The position numbers and the translations under genes were made by a program. The notes beneath the pieces are model-generated. The model ran no database searches. It saw nothing but the letters and a program-made list of their open reading frames with translations, and was not told the DNA's origin. From Bugula neritina (Eukaryota; Animalia; Bryozoa), in the NCBI GenBank assembly GCA_964035545.1, contig OZ037765.1, positions 25,667,504 to 25,731,503 on the forward strand: DNA of 64,000 nucleotides, read 5' to 3'. The number at the start of each line of letters is the position of its first letter. Position 1 is the stretch's first letter. Below, piece after piece: positions 1 through 12,932 of the stretch.

Positions 1-239
1 ATGTCTTATGACTCATCTCGACTCCCCTTGCATTCCCCATTGATAGGTACTCACAATGGGCTGTCAAAGGGTTGCAATACTGCATCAAGTAGTTTGCTTC
101 AACCTAATTCAACTGTATTATAATTTGACAGTAAATAAATGTTTATGCAAATGTTCAGGTTTCTAGTGTATAAATTGGAACAATTCACTGGCCCATTTCT
201 CTTGCATGTATTACTCTAGTGATTGTCAACTTACTGTAG

Positions 240-3200
240 GATCATGAACTTCATAAAAAGATAGACCATGAGATGAAAATGAGAGATGGCAGCGCTAAGA
301 TGTTGGCTGCTGCCAAACACACGACACAGCAGCTGGAAGCTGCCAAATCTCTCCACACCAGTAACTGCCGAATGTCTGCCTACATGGAGTATCTCCAGGA
401 GAGGAGCTCTGAAGGCACTCAGATTGTGTAAGTCACAGCCAGGTGTATGTAGGACTGCAGCTACTGCTTTTATTTGTAGCCGACTTTTCCTATTCCAACC
501 AAACTTGGCTTCAACCTGTCATGAGGAAATGGCCATGTACTGGGTCAGTGGGTTTAGCTACACTCAATTAATTTTGATTTGAAACAGGTTGAAAGTTTAT
601 GTTGACTGATAGCTGCTGTTGGTGATGCAACATTCTCCCTTTCATCTCTACTCATAGAATGACACAGAAATGTAACAACTGCCAGCCTTCTAGTAACAGC
701 CAATTAGCTACAAGCCGTTGCCACGTATACACTACTCAGCTGCAACTCTGCTTGGCAACTCAGAATTCTTATGACTCTAAAAATAACTGATTCTTTTTTC
801 TTTAAATACATTTTTTATTTGCAGCTGTTAAAAATACAAATAGTGTTGTATTTGATGAGAATTTATATCGTAATACTTTTAGTATTAGTAATACTTGCAC
901 TAATAATATTTTAGTTACACGTTAGATGATACTGTAAATATAAGGAACTGGTAGTGGGGGTTTGAACCCTGCAGCACCAGCTAGATGAGTTATTTCCTTC
1001 ATCAGAATAAAGTTGTGTATTGAACTAACAGAGAAATGTGGGTCATAGCAATAATTTGTAATAAACAGAATATCACGTGCTACATTTGCTGAAAATATAG
1101 AAATTATCTTCAATATTGTATGTTTTTATGCAGATTAGCAGAGCTCTTGCTATTGTTTATTGTTTACCCTTGGGATAAACCTCACTGCCTGTGCTAACAT
1201 TTACTACTAACCCTTACTTATACAGCTATACAGCATGAACTACACTTGGCCTGTTTGCTAACCAATTAGTAATATTGGCTTTGATTTGGATAGAGTTAGG
1301 AGCAGATGAGGGAAACAATACTCATTGTTGTGCTGCTTACAAAAGGGCTGTGAATGTCAACTTGGGAGTGATTTTGCTGTCTCCAGTTTTATATCCTGGT
1401 TCTGAAAAGTTAATTATTTTTGCAGACCTGGAGAGAACCGGCTTCCATGTTGTGCTAAAGTATCTATATCTGAGATCAGAGTTCCTCTCATGTGGAAAGA
1501 TACAGATCATTTCAAAAACAAAGGCAGTAAGTGAAATAGTTCCAAGACACTTTAGGGAAGATGGATATCGTGATGGGGCCATTGTGCTAACGTAGACTGA
1601 AGTGTATTTAGAGTCCAGGCTTTCTGCAATAATTTGTTTCGGTTGTATTTTGCCTGATTTTACTGCAGATAACTACAGCAGTGTTTTTAGGATGAGAGTT
1701 TTAATTTATGATATTATTAAAACAAACAGTGAGAATTAGTGAATGGAAGTATCATATGCTTCCTGTGAATTTCCTAGTATTGGAATATTTGTGTAGAGTA
1801 TGTAGTGTATACTGTAGAGTATGTAGTGTATACTGTAGAGTATGTAGTGTATACTGTGGAGTATGTAGTGTATACTGTAGAGTATGTACTGTATACTGTA
1901 GAGTATGTACTGCATACTGTAGAGTATGTAGTGTATACTGTAGAGTATGTAGTGTATACTGTAGAGTATGTAGTGTATACTGTAGAGTATGTAGTGTATA
2001 CTGTATAGTATGTACTGTATACTGTAGAGTATGTACTGTATACTGTAGAGTATGTACTGCATACTGTAGAGTATGTACTGCATACTGTAGAGTATGTATT
2101 GTCTATTTGATTGCAGATTACAGAAGGTTCACTGTGTTCTGTCTCATCAGAATTGGCACAGAAGTGTATGAAACTGGTCTGGTGTCAGAAGTGGACCGTC
2201 TTATCACCGACATATCATTTGATGACGTCATTACAATGTGAGTACATGTCATAATTATAGACATAATACTTAGTATGCTGTGTGTACTGTTCATCAAGTA
2301 TTTTATCTCATTGAGTTATCTCCTCCAACTAAACAGATCTTGTCAGCTTTGGTAGAATTTACCAACGTCATATAACCAGGTCACAAGAGGTCACACACTG
2401 TATTGGCCTGTTTACTAGTCACTAATACAGCAGCAAGTTAATGCTCTATACTCTATAGTGTATTATAGTCTATTTGTTTGTATTATATTCTATGCAGTGG
2501 TTCTTCACCCTTTCAGAGTGTGACCCAAATTCTAGCAATTTTTATCTCTTAATAGTAAGACACTATGCAAAGTATTTCAATGTTAATAAAGTCCAGTATA
2601 TATTGGTATTATTTTTAGTTTTGTTTTTGTTGGTCGACATGATATAAAGTGGTATAAAATGCCAAGTGAAATTTTCTGTGTTACTGTGTGATGTGTACAG
2701 TACACATTAGCTGCAATCTCACAACATTAAAATTTATGACTCAAAATCAGTAGCAAAAAGTGTTTTTGTTGAAACTGTGACTCTTAGGGATCTATCAATG
2801 AATCTTAGGGTTTCGGGGTCTGGACCCATGGGTTAGGAACTGCTGCTTTAGAGTAGACAGTAGAGCTATACCAGTATGCATTTCTGTTGTCAACTCACTG
2901 TTGTGTTACTAGTGCCCTGGTAATAGTGAAGCTGTAATGCCAACAACTATGGCAATGACAAAATATATTATTATAAATCAATTTCCTTCTCCATATCAAC
3001 TGCATATTTTCACTGCAGCTGAGTCACTATTCCTTAGATTTAATGTTTTTGTATGACAGGAGTAAATAAAGTTTCAACAGTAGCATTGTTCAAACATAGT
3101 CATGTTATTTGCATAAAGCATATATGGAGTAAATGATATCATCTAATAAATGTTTTTTATTTAATGAAAGTTATGCAATTCGTCTGTTATCCAACCAAAT

Positions 3201-6200
3201 AAGATATGCTGGTATAATATTGAATATACATTCTGTTTTAAACTTTATTCCAAATAATCATTGAACTCTGCCAATTCACTGGAACTGTGATTAATCTATT
3301 CAGAAACTATTCACACAATTAATGCAGTTTGAATGTATTTTCAGATCTATTTAGGGAAGTAGCCAGTGATGTAATTTGTTGTGTCACACCATGTATCACA
3401 CATTTGGCTTGTAGACCGAATGTACCGCACAATTTCGAGTGTCAGCTGAAGATCTACGCCTACGAGCACCACGAGGATCTGACTATAGCCAGTACGCAAG
3501 TCAAGCTGAAGAAGCGAATCAGCGACATATCAAACACAGTTGGTAGAAGGCTCTCCGGCCTCACCTTGGTTAGTTGATACATTAAGTATACCGCCACCAG
3601 TGCTAGGGGTGTTAGCACTGTCTGTAGGTAACTGGTTAGTGATAGGAGTTATATTAGTTAGTAGTAGTTGTAGTACTAATAGTGGTTGTGGGAGTAGCAG
3701 AAGTAGTTGTAGTGAAATTGTTGCAGTGATAGTAGCAACGCTGTAATCATTATTGTAGATTTTAGTACAAGTTAGTGGGTGTAATGTTGGCAGGAGTATC
3801 TCTAGTAAATAGTACCATGATGCATAGTACCAGTACTAGTACAAGGGACTAGTCCCTTGTACTAGTACTGGTACATGATGCACAGTATAAGACGTGTGTG
3901 TTGGGTCAGAGTATTAGTCACAGTTATGTAATAAATGGCAGTGAGTTATAAATGAATTGGCCCTGCAGCTGTTTCACTAAACTGACGGAGTATATTATTA
4001 TATTGTGGGCTGATGTACTGCAGCAATACATATGTGTATGCTTTACTATTTCACTGCCTTGTTTTCCTATTCTATACTACAGCCAGCTGGCAGATGTGTC
4101 TAATATTGTCAAGTGTTTATTGATATAGTCAGGTCTTTTGTCATGACAACAATCGTGTTGCATCAAGATTTTTGTTTATAGAGCTCTCAGCTATAAATGT
4201 ACAATAGATTGGTTGTCTAGCATAGAGACCTGCTATACTAGCCATTAAGCCTTTTTCTCTAGTCATACAAGTTATCTTCTCAGACACAATACACAACATG
4301 GGTGTGAACCAAACATACATATTTGAACTCATAAAAAAGATGCTTTGTTGAAAGCTGTTTGTCTCAAGAATGGATGTTTATGTAGCAGTTCACATTATTT
4401 GTTTATTTTGTGTTTGAGATCTACCGAGTTGTTATTGTTTGATGTTAACTATACTATCTTTTAGCATGTACTGCATGGAGCTTATTGTAGTCAAATTTAT
4501 TTCCTTCCCTCTTTTGTTCATCCAGCGCTTCCAAGTTTTTTTCCATTGATGTTTATATACCAGTTTATTGAAATAATCTTTGACCACTAATTTTATTTTC
4601 TATTGTAGAAAGAGCCTTTCGACATGCAATCATTGCCGTGAGTTAATCCAGTAATCTACTATAATACTATTATGTAACAGTATGTGGTAATCCTCACTTG
4701 TAGTTTATATATTATCATTGTGCAATAAAGCATATACAGTGTTGCTTGTGACTTGGATATTCTACCAACAGTGCTGTAACTTAGTTTATATGTTGTTATG
4801 GTTACAGTGGGCCAAAGTTTGAGCTAGTGGCAGAGTCAATACTTAAACTAGGAGATGCTGACGACAGGACTGGCTCCTTTGACTTAAGCAGCAAAGACAC
4901 AGGTATGGCAGCTGCACAACTGTCAGCATCTACTAATCACTCACCATGATGTCATAATATAAAGCTGCTCCTATCTGGCAATACTTTATAATCTTTAGGG
5001 TGTTTCAAGTACAAGATGCTTAATTTGCTGATGCTTACCAACTAGTCCTTATAGTAGTTATAACAATATTTAAATTGTAGAAACTGCACCATCTCTGCCT
5101 TTATTTGGTAATTTCTCATGTCGTTTCGTGGTGCAGCCCCAGTGTCTTGTCCAAGAAGCTGTGTCTGGGTTTCTCTTTGTTAAGGTAGGAGTTGTCTTAT
5201 TTACTTAGTCTATCTTGCAGTACTTATTGGTAGTATTATTATTAATAACTTTCCGTTTTAAAAACATTGCTGAATCTGAAATTCAAGCATTTGAAAAGAT
5301 CAATAAGTTCACTGGAACAATTAATAAAACTCTCTAGTTACTTATTACTAATAAAACTTCATTTGTACATAAGACTTCAGAGCTCTACATATTTGCTGAC
5401 TTGAGTTTGCTGTTTGTTTTAAGGATGACGACAAGTGGGTCAAGTACTGGTGTTCCCTTCAGAACCTGAAAATCAGCTGCTGGAACTCACAGTTTGAGGC
5501 TGACACCCAGGACCCTCTCACCATGATACCTGTCACAAAGGTGTGATACGTCTGCCATTCAATCTGTTACTTGCCAATTCAAATTAAGGCAAAGTATTAT
5601 TAGACTATAGGGTTGAGTGTTGGTGCTCAAAAGTTTTGTTCTAAAGAATAGTATGTTGCTTTAAAGGCTGCCAAAACCTTTTCTTGTAGGAAGTCTCAAT
5701 ATAGAATCAAAGGGTTGCTGTAATCAACCCACCACTTTTAATGTTTACATCTGTTGTGACGTAAAATTATTTTATGGGTGTATCTGGAAAATACTGTGTG
5801 CCTCAATACGTAATTCCTATAAAATTTAACTGTGCCTGTATTGAATTACATGAAACTATTTCTTCAACCAGCCCTTTACACTTTTCGAATCATGCAGGCT
5901 GTTTTGCTGAAATTGTCAGTTTTACCAAGTAATGTCATGTTAACTGTACATGGCTAAGGCTTCATTCTCACTTGCATCAAAAGCATATTAGTCTAGAAGT
6001 AACCTCCCAAAAAGTGCTCAAAAAATTGGCTTATTACACTTTACTAGGTGGCCACTCAAAAAAAGTTGTTTCTAGATCAAAATTTTGTGCTGATTCTGAA
6101 TCTACAAACTCTAGAATTCTATCTCTACCCAAACTCAAGATATTGCAAAAAAACAAATCGGCATTTGTGAATTGTGCAAAATAGTATCCAATTTTATCAA

Positions 6201-9200
6201 GCTATCTTGAAGAAAAAATATTTGTTGAAATACCAAAAGTAATTGCCTCTTACTTAGAATTCTATGCTGATACTGAATTTAAAGACTGCAAGAGGCTATC
6301 TCAAATTATAACCAAGTTGTTTATATAAACATATATAGTCTAGAAGTAACCTCCCAAAAAGTGCTCAAAAAATTGGCTTATTACACTTTACTAAATGGCC
6401 ACTCAAAAAAAGTTGTTTTTAGATCAGAATTTTGTGCTGATTCTGAATCTACAAACCTTAGAACACTATCTCTACCCAAAGTCAAGTTATTGCAAAAAAC
6501 AAATCGACATTTTAGATGGGTGATAAAAAAAAATGTGGATTGTGCAAAATAGTATTCAATTTTATCAAGCTATCTTGAAAAAAGAAATACCAAAAATAAT
6601 TGCCTCTTACTTAGAATTCTATGCTGATATTGAATTTATAAAGACTGCAAGACGCTATCTCAAATTAAAACCAAGTTGTTTATATAAACATATGTGTTTG
6701 TTATGAATCGACATATATTGCATGAGGCATAAGCATGCAGAATAATCATGTATGACCAAGCTATTTATACAAAAATAAAAACAAAGTCATGCCAATGTGT
6801 GAAAAAACTATATTTATAAAATTATAGTACAAAATAAATGTTGAAATGAATAAATATTGAAATCTTTTGAGCTCAGCCCAAGTGAACCATTTGCTATATA
6901 GTCTGTGGGTAGCCGTTAAACGTCTGCAAAAATCAACAAGATTTTGTAAAATTATTTAGAGGAACAGAAGCATGAGAGATTATCAGAAACAAATTGGTTG
7001 CAGTAAAATATATAACACATGTCTAAAAATAGTGCTTTATTATGAAAAAGTATTCTCGTCACCATTGTCACTGCCATAAGTCTCATCAGCTTCTTCCCCA
7101 ATATAGAGCTTCTTTTCAGACAATCCTTACATTGACAAACATCAGTGTATGCACTGCATTTGAGATTTCTGACATCCACATTTTGATATGTTGCAGCTGG
7201 TCTTACAGGAGCAGTTTAAACTTTGCAATATACATGTTCAGGTACGGAAGCTTGAATCATCCACTTTATATTTATGTTGCCATGATTCTCAACAATCTTT
7301 TCATAATGTTCTGGGGTAGTGCATCAATATAGGCTGTTGTCACCCTTCTCTAAATGGCTGCCTGATAATTTGCTCTTTTTACATGCAAATTTAATTCATC
7401 TTTTGTTGGGGGCAAACTCTATTAAGTTATTTTAGACGGTGAACGAAATACAGTGTATCAGACATTATCTATATATGGATTTCTTGCTCCATAAAGCTTA
7501 TAGACAAATTGTTCTACTTCACCCGCTGTAATGGCTTACAGCTTAAAATACTTCCCATGCAAGGTGTTCAAGGTTTCCCATACATGGATATTTTCTCAAA
7601 AAAGAGTAGGCTGTGCGCTATCCTTTTCCATAAAAAGCACTATAGTCGAATAAAAACCTGTTAAAGCATGAAATCTAGTAAGTGCTGCACACAACTGCGG
7701 TCTGGATTTATTTGCTGCAATGTTGACATCCAAATACTTAATATGATTATGGTTTTCTCCCAGCGAGACGCTGTTTTTATTTTGTTACCATATATATTAA
7801 TATTACCTATATAACTGATGAACTGATTGCTAATATGCTAATAGCTATATGTAGCTAATACATATAATACTAATACTAATACTAATATAGTAATACATTA
7901 ATAATAGACACTATCTTTAATGGATACTTATTAGCAAAATATATTTTCGAACAACAGGCAAGATGTATAAAATAATATACAAAATTAATAAGTTAATGCA
8001 AATCAAAAGAATTTATTTATGTGCTAAATAACAAGCAATTGATCCAAGTTTATTTAACTATACATATATTTCAATAATATTAAAATAAGTTGCACATGAA
8101 AATACATTTTACCAAAATAAATAACTAGCGTCTAAGTAGGAAATTTAGTCTAGCCTCTATCTGGCATGACACCATGATTACCACACCAGTGAAAAAAAAT
8201 AATTGGTAAAAAGGTAATGTTTTGCAAATAGCGAGACTTAGGATGAAAGATTGAGATTTGATTATTACACGTGAGATTATGATGTTCATAAGATATTTTG
8301 CACGTAACAAAGTTTGTGTATCTGCTTCCTCATGATCTAATTGTAAGCATTTGAGTTCTGCTTTCTTAGGAATTCCACCATGTTTGGTAAAATTGTAGCG
8401 AACACAATTTTTTTGGTATGCATCAACTATAATAGCAATATTGTTCTCTAAAATATTTTTACTCCATGTTTCACACAAAAATGCACCAGTCTCAAACTCA
8501 GCTTATTTTATTTGCTGATAAGAAATTATTATTTTTGTAACAAATGGCACACATGAAAAAAATACATGCCTATGATCTTTGAATGAGGCAGCCCAAGATC
8601 ATTTTTCTAATGGGTGGTCTAAATATAACCATATATATTAAACATTATAGGAAAGCTTTAGGGTATTTCTTCTGTAACTATAACTGAGATAAATTGGCTC
8701 TATAGTCATTATATCAAGATAGTATAAAAATATGCATTTTAACCAATAGCATTGTTTTAAAAACCAAATTGCTTATGTATATATATATAGTTCAGCCTAA
8801 ATTTATTAGCAAAGCTCAATTGTACACATTTAAAATATTATCTTCCGGAGTCCAGATCAACCAGCTCATGCTTCTCATTACTTTTTTGTAAAAGTAGTTA
8901 TTATATAATAAAAGTGGTGAAGAAAATCATTATCAGACACAGATTTATTCGCCTTTTTTATAGCTGATCAATAATAATGTTTGCCTTATAACTAATAAAC
9001 CCATTCCTTTGCTTGTTTTCGTCCAAATAATCCACTTTTTTTCTGATTTTGTCACAAGAAAATCACTAGAAATAAACTCAGAGAAGTGAAAAACACATCT
9101 ATGATTATCTGCAAAAGTTTTTGCTTGTATATATAATAAACTAGCTTCAATAATTTCAAGATAATATTTAATGGATTTGGACAAAGTTGTGGGGAAACAA

Positions 9201-10648
9201 CTCCTGTAACATTTAAAAGAGTTTTTGTGACTAACCGGGTGAACAGAAAAATTTAGAGTTTTTATAAAAGAAAAGTGAAAAAAGTATCTATAATTATTAG
9301 CAAATTTATTTTGCTTATATAAAATAAATTAGCTTGAATAATTCCAAAATATTTAGCCGATTCACAAAAACGTTAAGAGAAAACAACTCCTGATTAATTT
9401 TAAAAGTTTGAAGCGCTTTTGTGGCTAACTGGGTGCACAGAACAGTCTAGAGTTTTCACAGATTAATTAGGACCCTTCAAACTTTCTATTTCTAAAAAAA
9501 TTGCGTGGCCACCCCTCGAAGTGTAATGAGTGAAAGATAATTAGAGGTTACTTCTAGACTATATTAAATGAATTCATGATTACTCTAATCAATAATGACA
9601 TGCTTAACAACTGAGGCTGCATCAAAATGAAATTTACCTTAGCCTAATTTTTAGCTTTACTTTTTTAAGCTATAGGGTAATTCATAGCTTTATAGTTTAA
9701 AATTTGTAAATGAAAGTGATTTAATTATCCATAAAATTTTTAGTGCCAGGTGAATTTTTTGTGTTTCTGAGTCAGTAATGATTATTATTAGGTATCAAAT
9801 TCTAGCTGAACTGTCATATTTAAATTTATGTGTTTGCCTGGTGCTATTTTAACTCGAATTAGTCATTGCTATATTGAAACATTACCAGGGTAGTGCCTAC
9901 AGTCAAACCACGATAGGGTGAAAGAACATTTGCACATCTATGTTATATTTTACATAAAACTCTTTCAAACTTCTCAATCTTACTGAATTTAAAAAAAACT
10001 TGGCACATTTTAGTAGGTCATTTCAATATATACGCGTTAGTGTAGAAGTTGCATAATAGACTCTCGCTTGTTATTAGGGGAAGTAACTCCTATTATGTTG
10101 GTTAATTGCAGGAATCTCTTATAAGTGATACAGATCCTTCCCAAGCAGAAAGAAAGCACTCGTTCTTCATACATAACCATGTTCATAAAGAGGAGTGGCA
10201 GTTAGCTGCACTATCTGCTGAGAGTTTGATGGATTGGTGGGCTGGTCTGGAGCAGCACCTACTTGATCAAGGTGGGAAAATGTTTAGTATTTTATGGCAT
10301 TAACAGTTTTTTAGCCTTGACTTGAAATTTATCTGCTCATGGTTATGCATGTGTAATGGTTATGCATTTTATTAACATCTAGTTGTTTGGAAGCAATCGT
10401 GTCAAAAGCTGATGGAAATACACACAAATCCAAGTCCCAAATCACCTTACTTTCAACGAGACAAAAGAGCAGGGTCACTCTATGACAAAACTAGAATGAA
10501 GCGTGGAATAAAGCATCAGCTCTTGGAGCCAACCAGCACTCAAGAACAAAGCCCACTTACACTTGCATTTAATAGATATACTTGTACTAATGAAGGTAAA
10601 GATGGCCGAAGCAGCCCTTTATCTCGAAATAACAGTTGTCCAAAATAA
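240..10648 (+). CDS. RTKN: Rhotekin-like Rho effector (HR1 + anillin-homology + PH domains), multi-exon, 5' end upstream of window
   Basis: In-phase AG/GT exons: 240-427 (DHELHKKIDHEMKMRDGSAKMLAA..EAAKSLHTSNCRM, HR1), 1426-1526 (PCCAKVSISEIRVPLMWKDTDHFKNKG), 2117-2237, 3415-3568, 4609-4637, 4808-4902, 5081-5184 (LPLFGNFSCRFVVQP), 5424-5540 and 10112-10271 (PH), 10383-10648 (VWKQSCQKLM..TAA). Motifs match rhotekin as I remember it (LDHEIRMREGA, ISDLRIPLMWKD, LPLYG..CCRL..QP). Confidence 0.88.
1792..2098. repeat. 21-bp minisatellite (TGTAGAGTATGTAGTGTATAC), ~14.5 copies, in a rhotekin intron
   Basis: Head-to-tail copies read directly, with variant units (AGTG/ACTG/ACTGCA). It generates the spurious CRVCSVY, YILYSIH and YTVEYVV ORFs. 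Confidence 0.97.
2495..2845. mobile_element. Degenerate hAT/Charlie-like MITE
   Basis: Imperfect TIRs CAGTGGTTCTTCACC ... GGTTAGGAACTGCTG, with flanks resembling the nTCTAGAn target preference; ~350 bp, non-coding. Confidence 0.5.
3827..3874. repeat. 48-bp perfect palindrome flanked by an 8-bp direct repeat
   Basis: GTACCAGTACTAGTACAAGGGACT|AGTCCCTTGTACTAGTACTGGTAC; ATGATGCA at 3817-3824 and 3875-3882. Confidence 0.95.
5989..6693. repeat. Tandem duplication (~347 bp x2) of the transposon terminus
   Basis: 5989-6335 and 6336-~6693 both start TAGTCTAGAAGTAACCTCCCAAAAAGTGCTC and end TTATATAAACATAT; similar but not identical (small indels). Confidence 0.95.
7115..8478 (-). pseudogene. Transposase C-terminal remnant (XPG-like + Cys-rich), disrupted by stops and frameshifts
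   Basis: HEEADT, ALxxFHALTG, LPPT..L..H..RA.YQ and CxC motifs in the expected order across broken frames. Confidence 0.75.
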
Positions 10649-10826
10649 ATATTCAGTTTAAAATGAGCTGTATTAATTTAAATTATTATGAATTACTTTG
10701 TAAATTACATATTGTATAAAATTGGCTTTAGGGCGCATTGAATTTTACTTCACTTCATTTACAATGAAATCATGTATAATTGTTAATTTTTTCATTTATA
10801 CCATTGATATAGATTTATAAAATATG

Positions 10827-10869
10827 AATAAACTATAAGATTCTAGTATAACATTCACAAGTTTTTATT
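10827..10869. terminator. Opposed polyadenylation signals for rhotekin (+) and MYG1 (-)
   Basis: AATAAA on + at 10827-10832 and on - at 10864-10869, within the 315-bp gap between the two stop codons. Confidence 0.55.
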
Positions 10870-10963
10870 TAAATATACAAGTTAGTTAACTAGATATTAA
10901 ACTAAATAATATTCTATTACAGTTGTATAAATCAATAAGCTACAACCACCATTAGTTTGTCTA

Positions 10964-12228
10964 TCAGTTTGCCTGTCGCAAACTTTCAGTAGCCATTTTC
11001 AAAACTCCTTCATAAGTGACATTGCCACCAATAAAACCATTAGCATGAACAAAAACACAACCAGCTATTCCTGTAAGGTTGGAAAGATCAGTATCTCTCA
11101 CACCACGCCATTTCTCAGGCAGAGAAAGGCGGTTAACAAAACTATCATTCCTAATAGGCACACATTGTATTCTCCATGTAGAGTTTGCAACATCTGGATA
11201 CAGAACATATTTGATGGGGGTTTCCACATTTAATTCTTTCTCTAGACTCATTACATGGTCTTTCCATGGTGCAGCTACATTTGGGAAGCATATGATTTCT
11301 CCACTAGGGTGTATCTCGAACCTAAACCAAAATATAGTACTATATTTTAGCTAAATAAAAACTTTCTAGAATATAGGCTATGGCAATTTTTGTATTAACA
11401 AGCCTTGTGACTAAAAACCTTCATTCAAGTTCAACATCTTCAACAAATTATACATGCCTTACAATAACCAGTAGCAACAGGTTGAAATTATAGTGCATTT
11501 ATTGGTGAGAAGACATGCTGAGCTTACCGCTTTTCCAAGGCTTCTTTCACAATGTTGTGTGCAGGCAGCCACCCGAGTTGATAATAGGTAACTCTATCTA
11601 CAAATTCTGCACCAACCAGAGCCATTGCTTTCTCAAACCTTTTCAACAGTATCTCATCGTTACTCTGCTCATTCCAACGAGGATTCAGATTTCCTACTCG
11701 TTTACCTAAAGTAGTAGATACTACATATCGTGGAACATCATCGGATTGCGATATCCCATTATCGACAGCGTCTATTTCTTCAATGAGATTTTCATATACT
11801 TTGCTGTATATAATTCTAACTTGTTCTTGAGAAATACTTGTGGCATCTAAGGAATTTTCAGTGGCAATTTTCTCCATAATAGTTCTGATAACTTCTTCAC
11901 CATAAAATACATATATCAACCCTGCACTACTCAACTTTGTTGTCCACGGTTTAGTTGAGTCAAGGCTGTTAAAAGTTTCTGTAAACTCTTTTTGATGGTG
12001 ATCATACCTACATTTGCTATGATCAAAAACAGCTCCGACATCAACAACAATATCACAATCTGCTAAAATATCAGAGGATCGGCTTCTAACAACTTTAGCA
12101 TCCTTGTATTTGGGAATCTGCTTCAACATCCATACAGCACAAACTTCATCACAATGGAATGTACCATTATGTGTTCCAATAATCATGTTAAAGCAAGTTT
12201 TCTTTGATGGTGGTGATCTGCTGCTCAT
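10964..12228 (-). CDS. MYG1: MYG1 exonuclease (DHH family)
   Basis: Exons 12228(ATG; acceptor at 12299)-11528 and 11321-10964 join in frame (KR/FEIHPSGEII). Motifs IGTHNGTFHCDE, VVDVG, RYDHHQ, TKLSSAGLIY, IDAVDNG, LPEKWRG, GCVFVHANGFIGGN. An upstream exon is implied by the acceptor but was not located. Confidence 0.95.
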
Positions 12229-12932
12229 CAGTCGCTGCTTTTGTTTAACAAATATGGACTGGGGTATATAGCTACCATTAAATTTATGTTGCACGACACC
12301 TGCAAAATGTACATATTATTCAATGTTATAATATTATGTTTACTATTACTATTGCGTAGTATTGATTAAGAGTATTTGTTTATTCCATGATTAAAATTCA
12401 AACAAGCTTAAAACTAATACCAAGTCTTTATCACCATTCATATCACTGTTCAGGTCTAGGGTTAAAATTTTTATGGTATTGTTACATTTGTATTAAGAAT
12501 TTGCCTCCCCTTAATCACAACAACGCATTAGAACTACTTATGCTTAGAATATTGCTTACAATTATTATAAGTTATGAATTTGAAAATATCAATTGGTTAA
12601 CACTAACAGTAATCCAGATATTACCTTAAAAGTGGCCAGTTTATTTATAACTAATAGTAATACTATAAAAAATGTGTTCCCTTTTGTTGGACGTAGTATA
12701 TAATTGAAATTACTGATGTGCAATTTTAAATTGAAATTCAATTTCATCATTATTATCATCGATATCACAATATGAATCAGAATGTCTGTGTCATAATGAT
12801 ATTGATAATCATTACAACTAACTTACCAACATATCACTATGATTATACCATCACTATGAATATTGAATAAAATATCGTTATCATTATTATGATTATCATC
12901 ATAATCATAATGATAATGATCATAGTCTGATG

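Larger units (their letters stand above)
5989..9561 (-). mobile_element. Decayed Academ-type DNA transposon in a rhotekin intron
   Basis: TIR TAGTCTAGAAGTAACCTC (5989) / GAGGTTACTTCTAGACTA (9544-9561) with further subterminal similarity (TTACACTT..GGTGGCCAC), TAG..CTA termini, 3-bp TSD TAT. Minus-strand remnants: LDHEEADT (~8320-8340), CAALTRFHALTG (XPG/H3TH-like, ~7660-7695), LPPTKDELNLHVKRANYQAAI* (~7350-7415), Cys-rich tail (LKCSAYTDVCQCKDC). Superfamily call from recalled Academ hallmarks. Confidence 0.8.

Noticed and set aside
1792-2098. CRISPR-like array or metallothionein-like CxxC protein
   Set aside because: Units are contiguous with no unique spacers and no cas genes; eukaryotic intron; repeat ORFs appear in several frames, as expected for a stop-poor minisatellite.
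5972-6552. Duplicated small ORFs (LKKLAYYTLL..FCADSES)
   Set aside because: Incidental frames in the duplicated transposon terminus; no splice context or recognisable domain.
12623-12750. Upstream MYG1 coding exon encoding a targeting peptide (MMKLNF..LATFK)
   Set aside because: Its donor is phase 0 whereas the 12299 acceptor needs phase 1, and the alternative frame has a TAA; at most a UTR exon.
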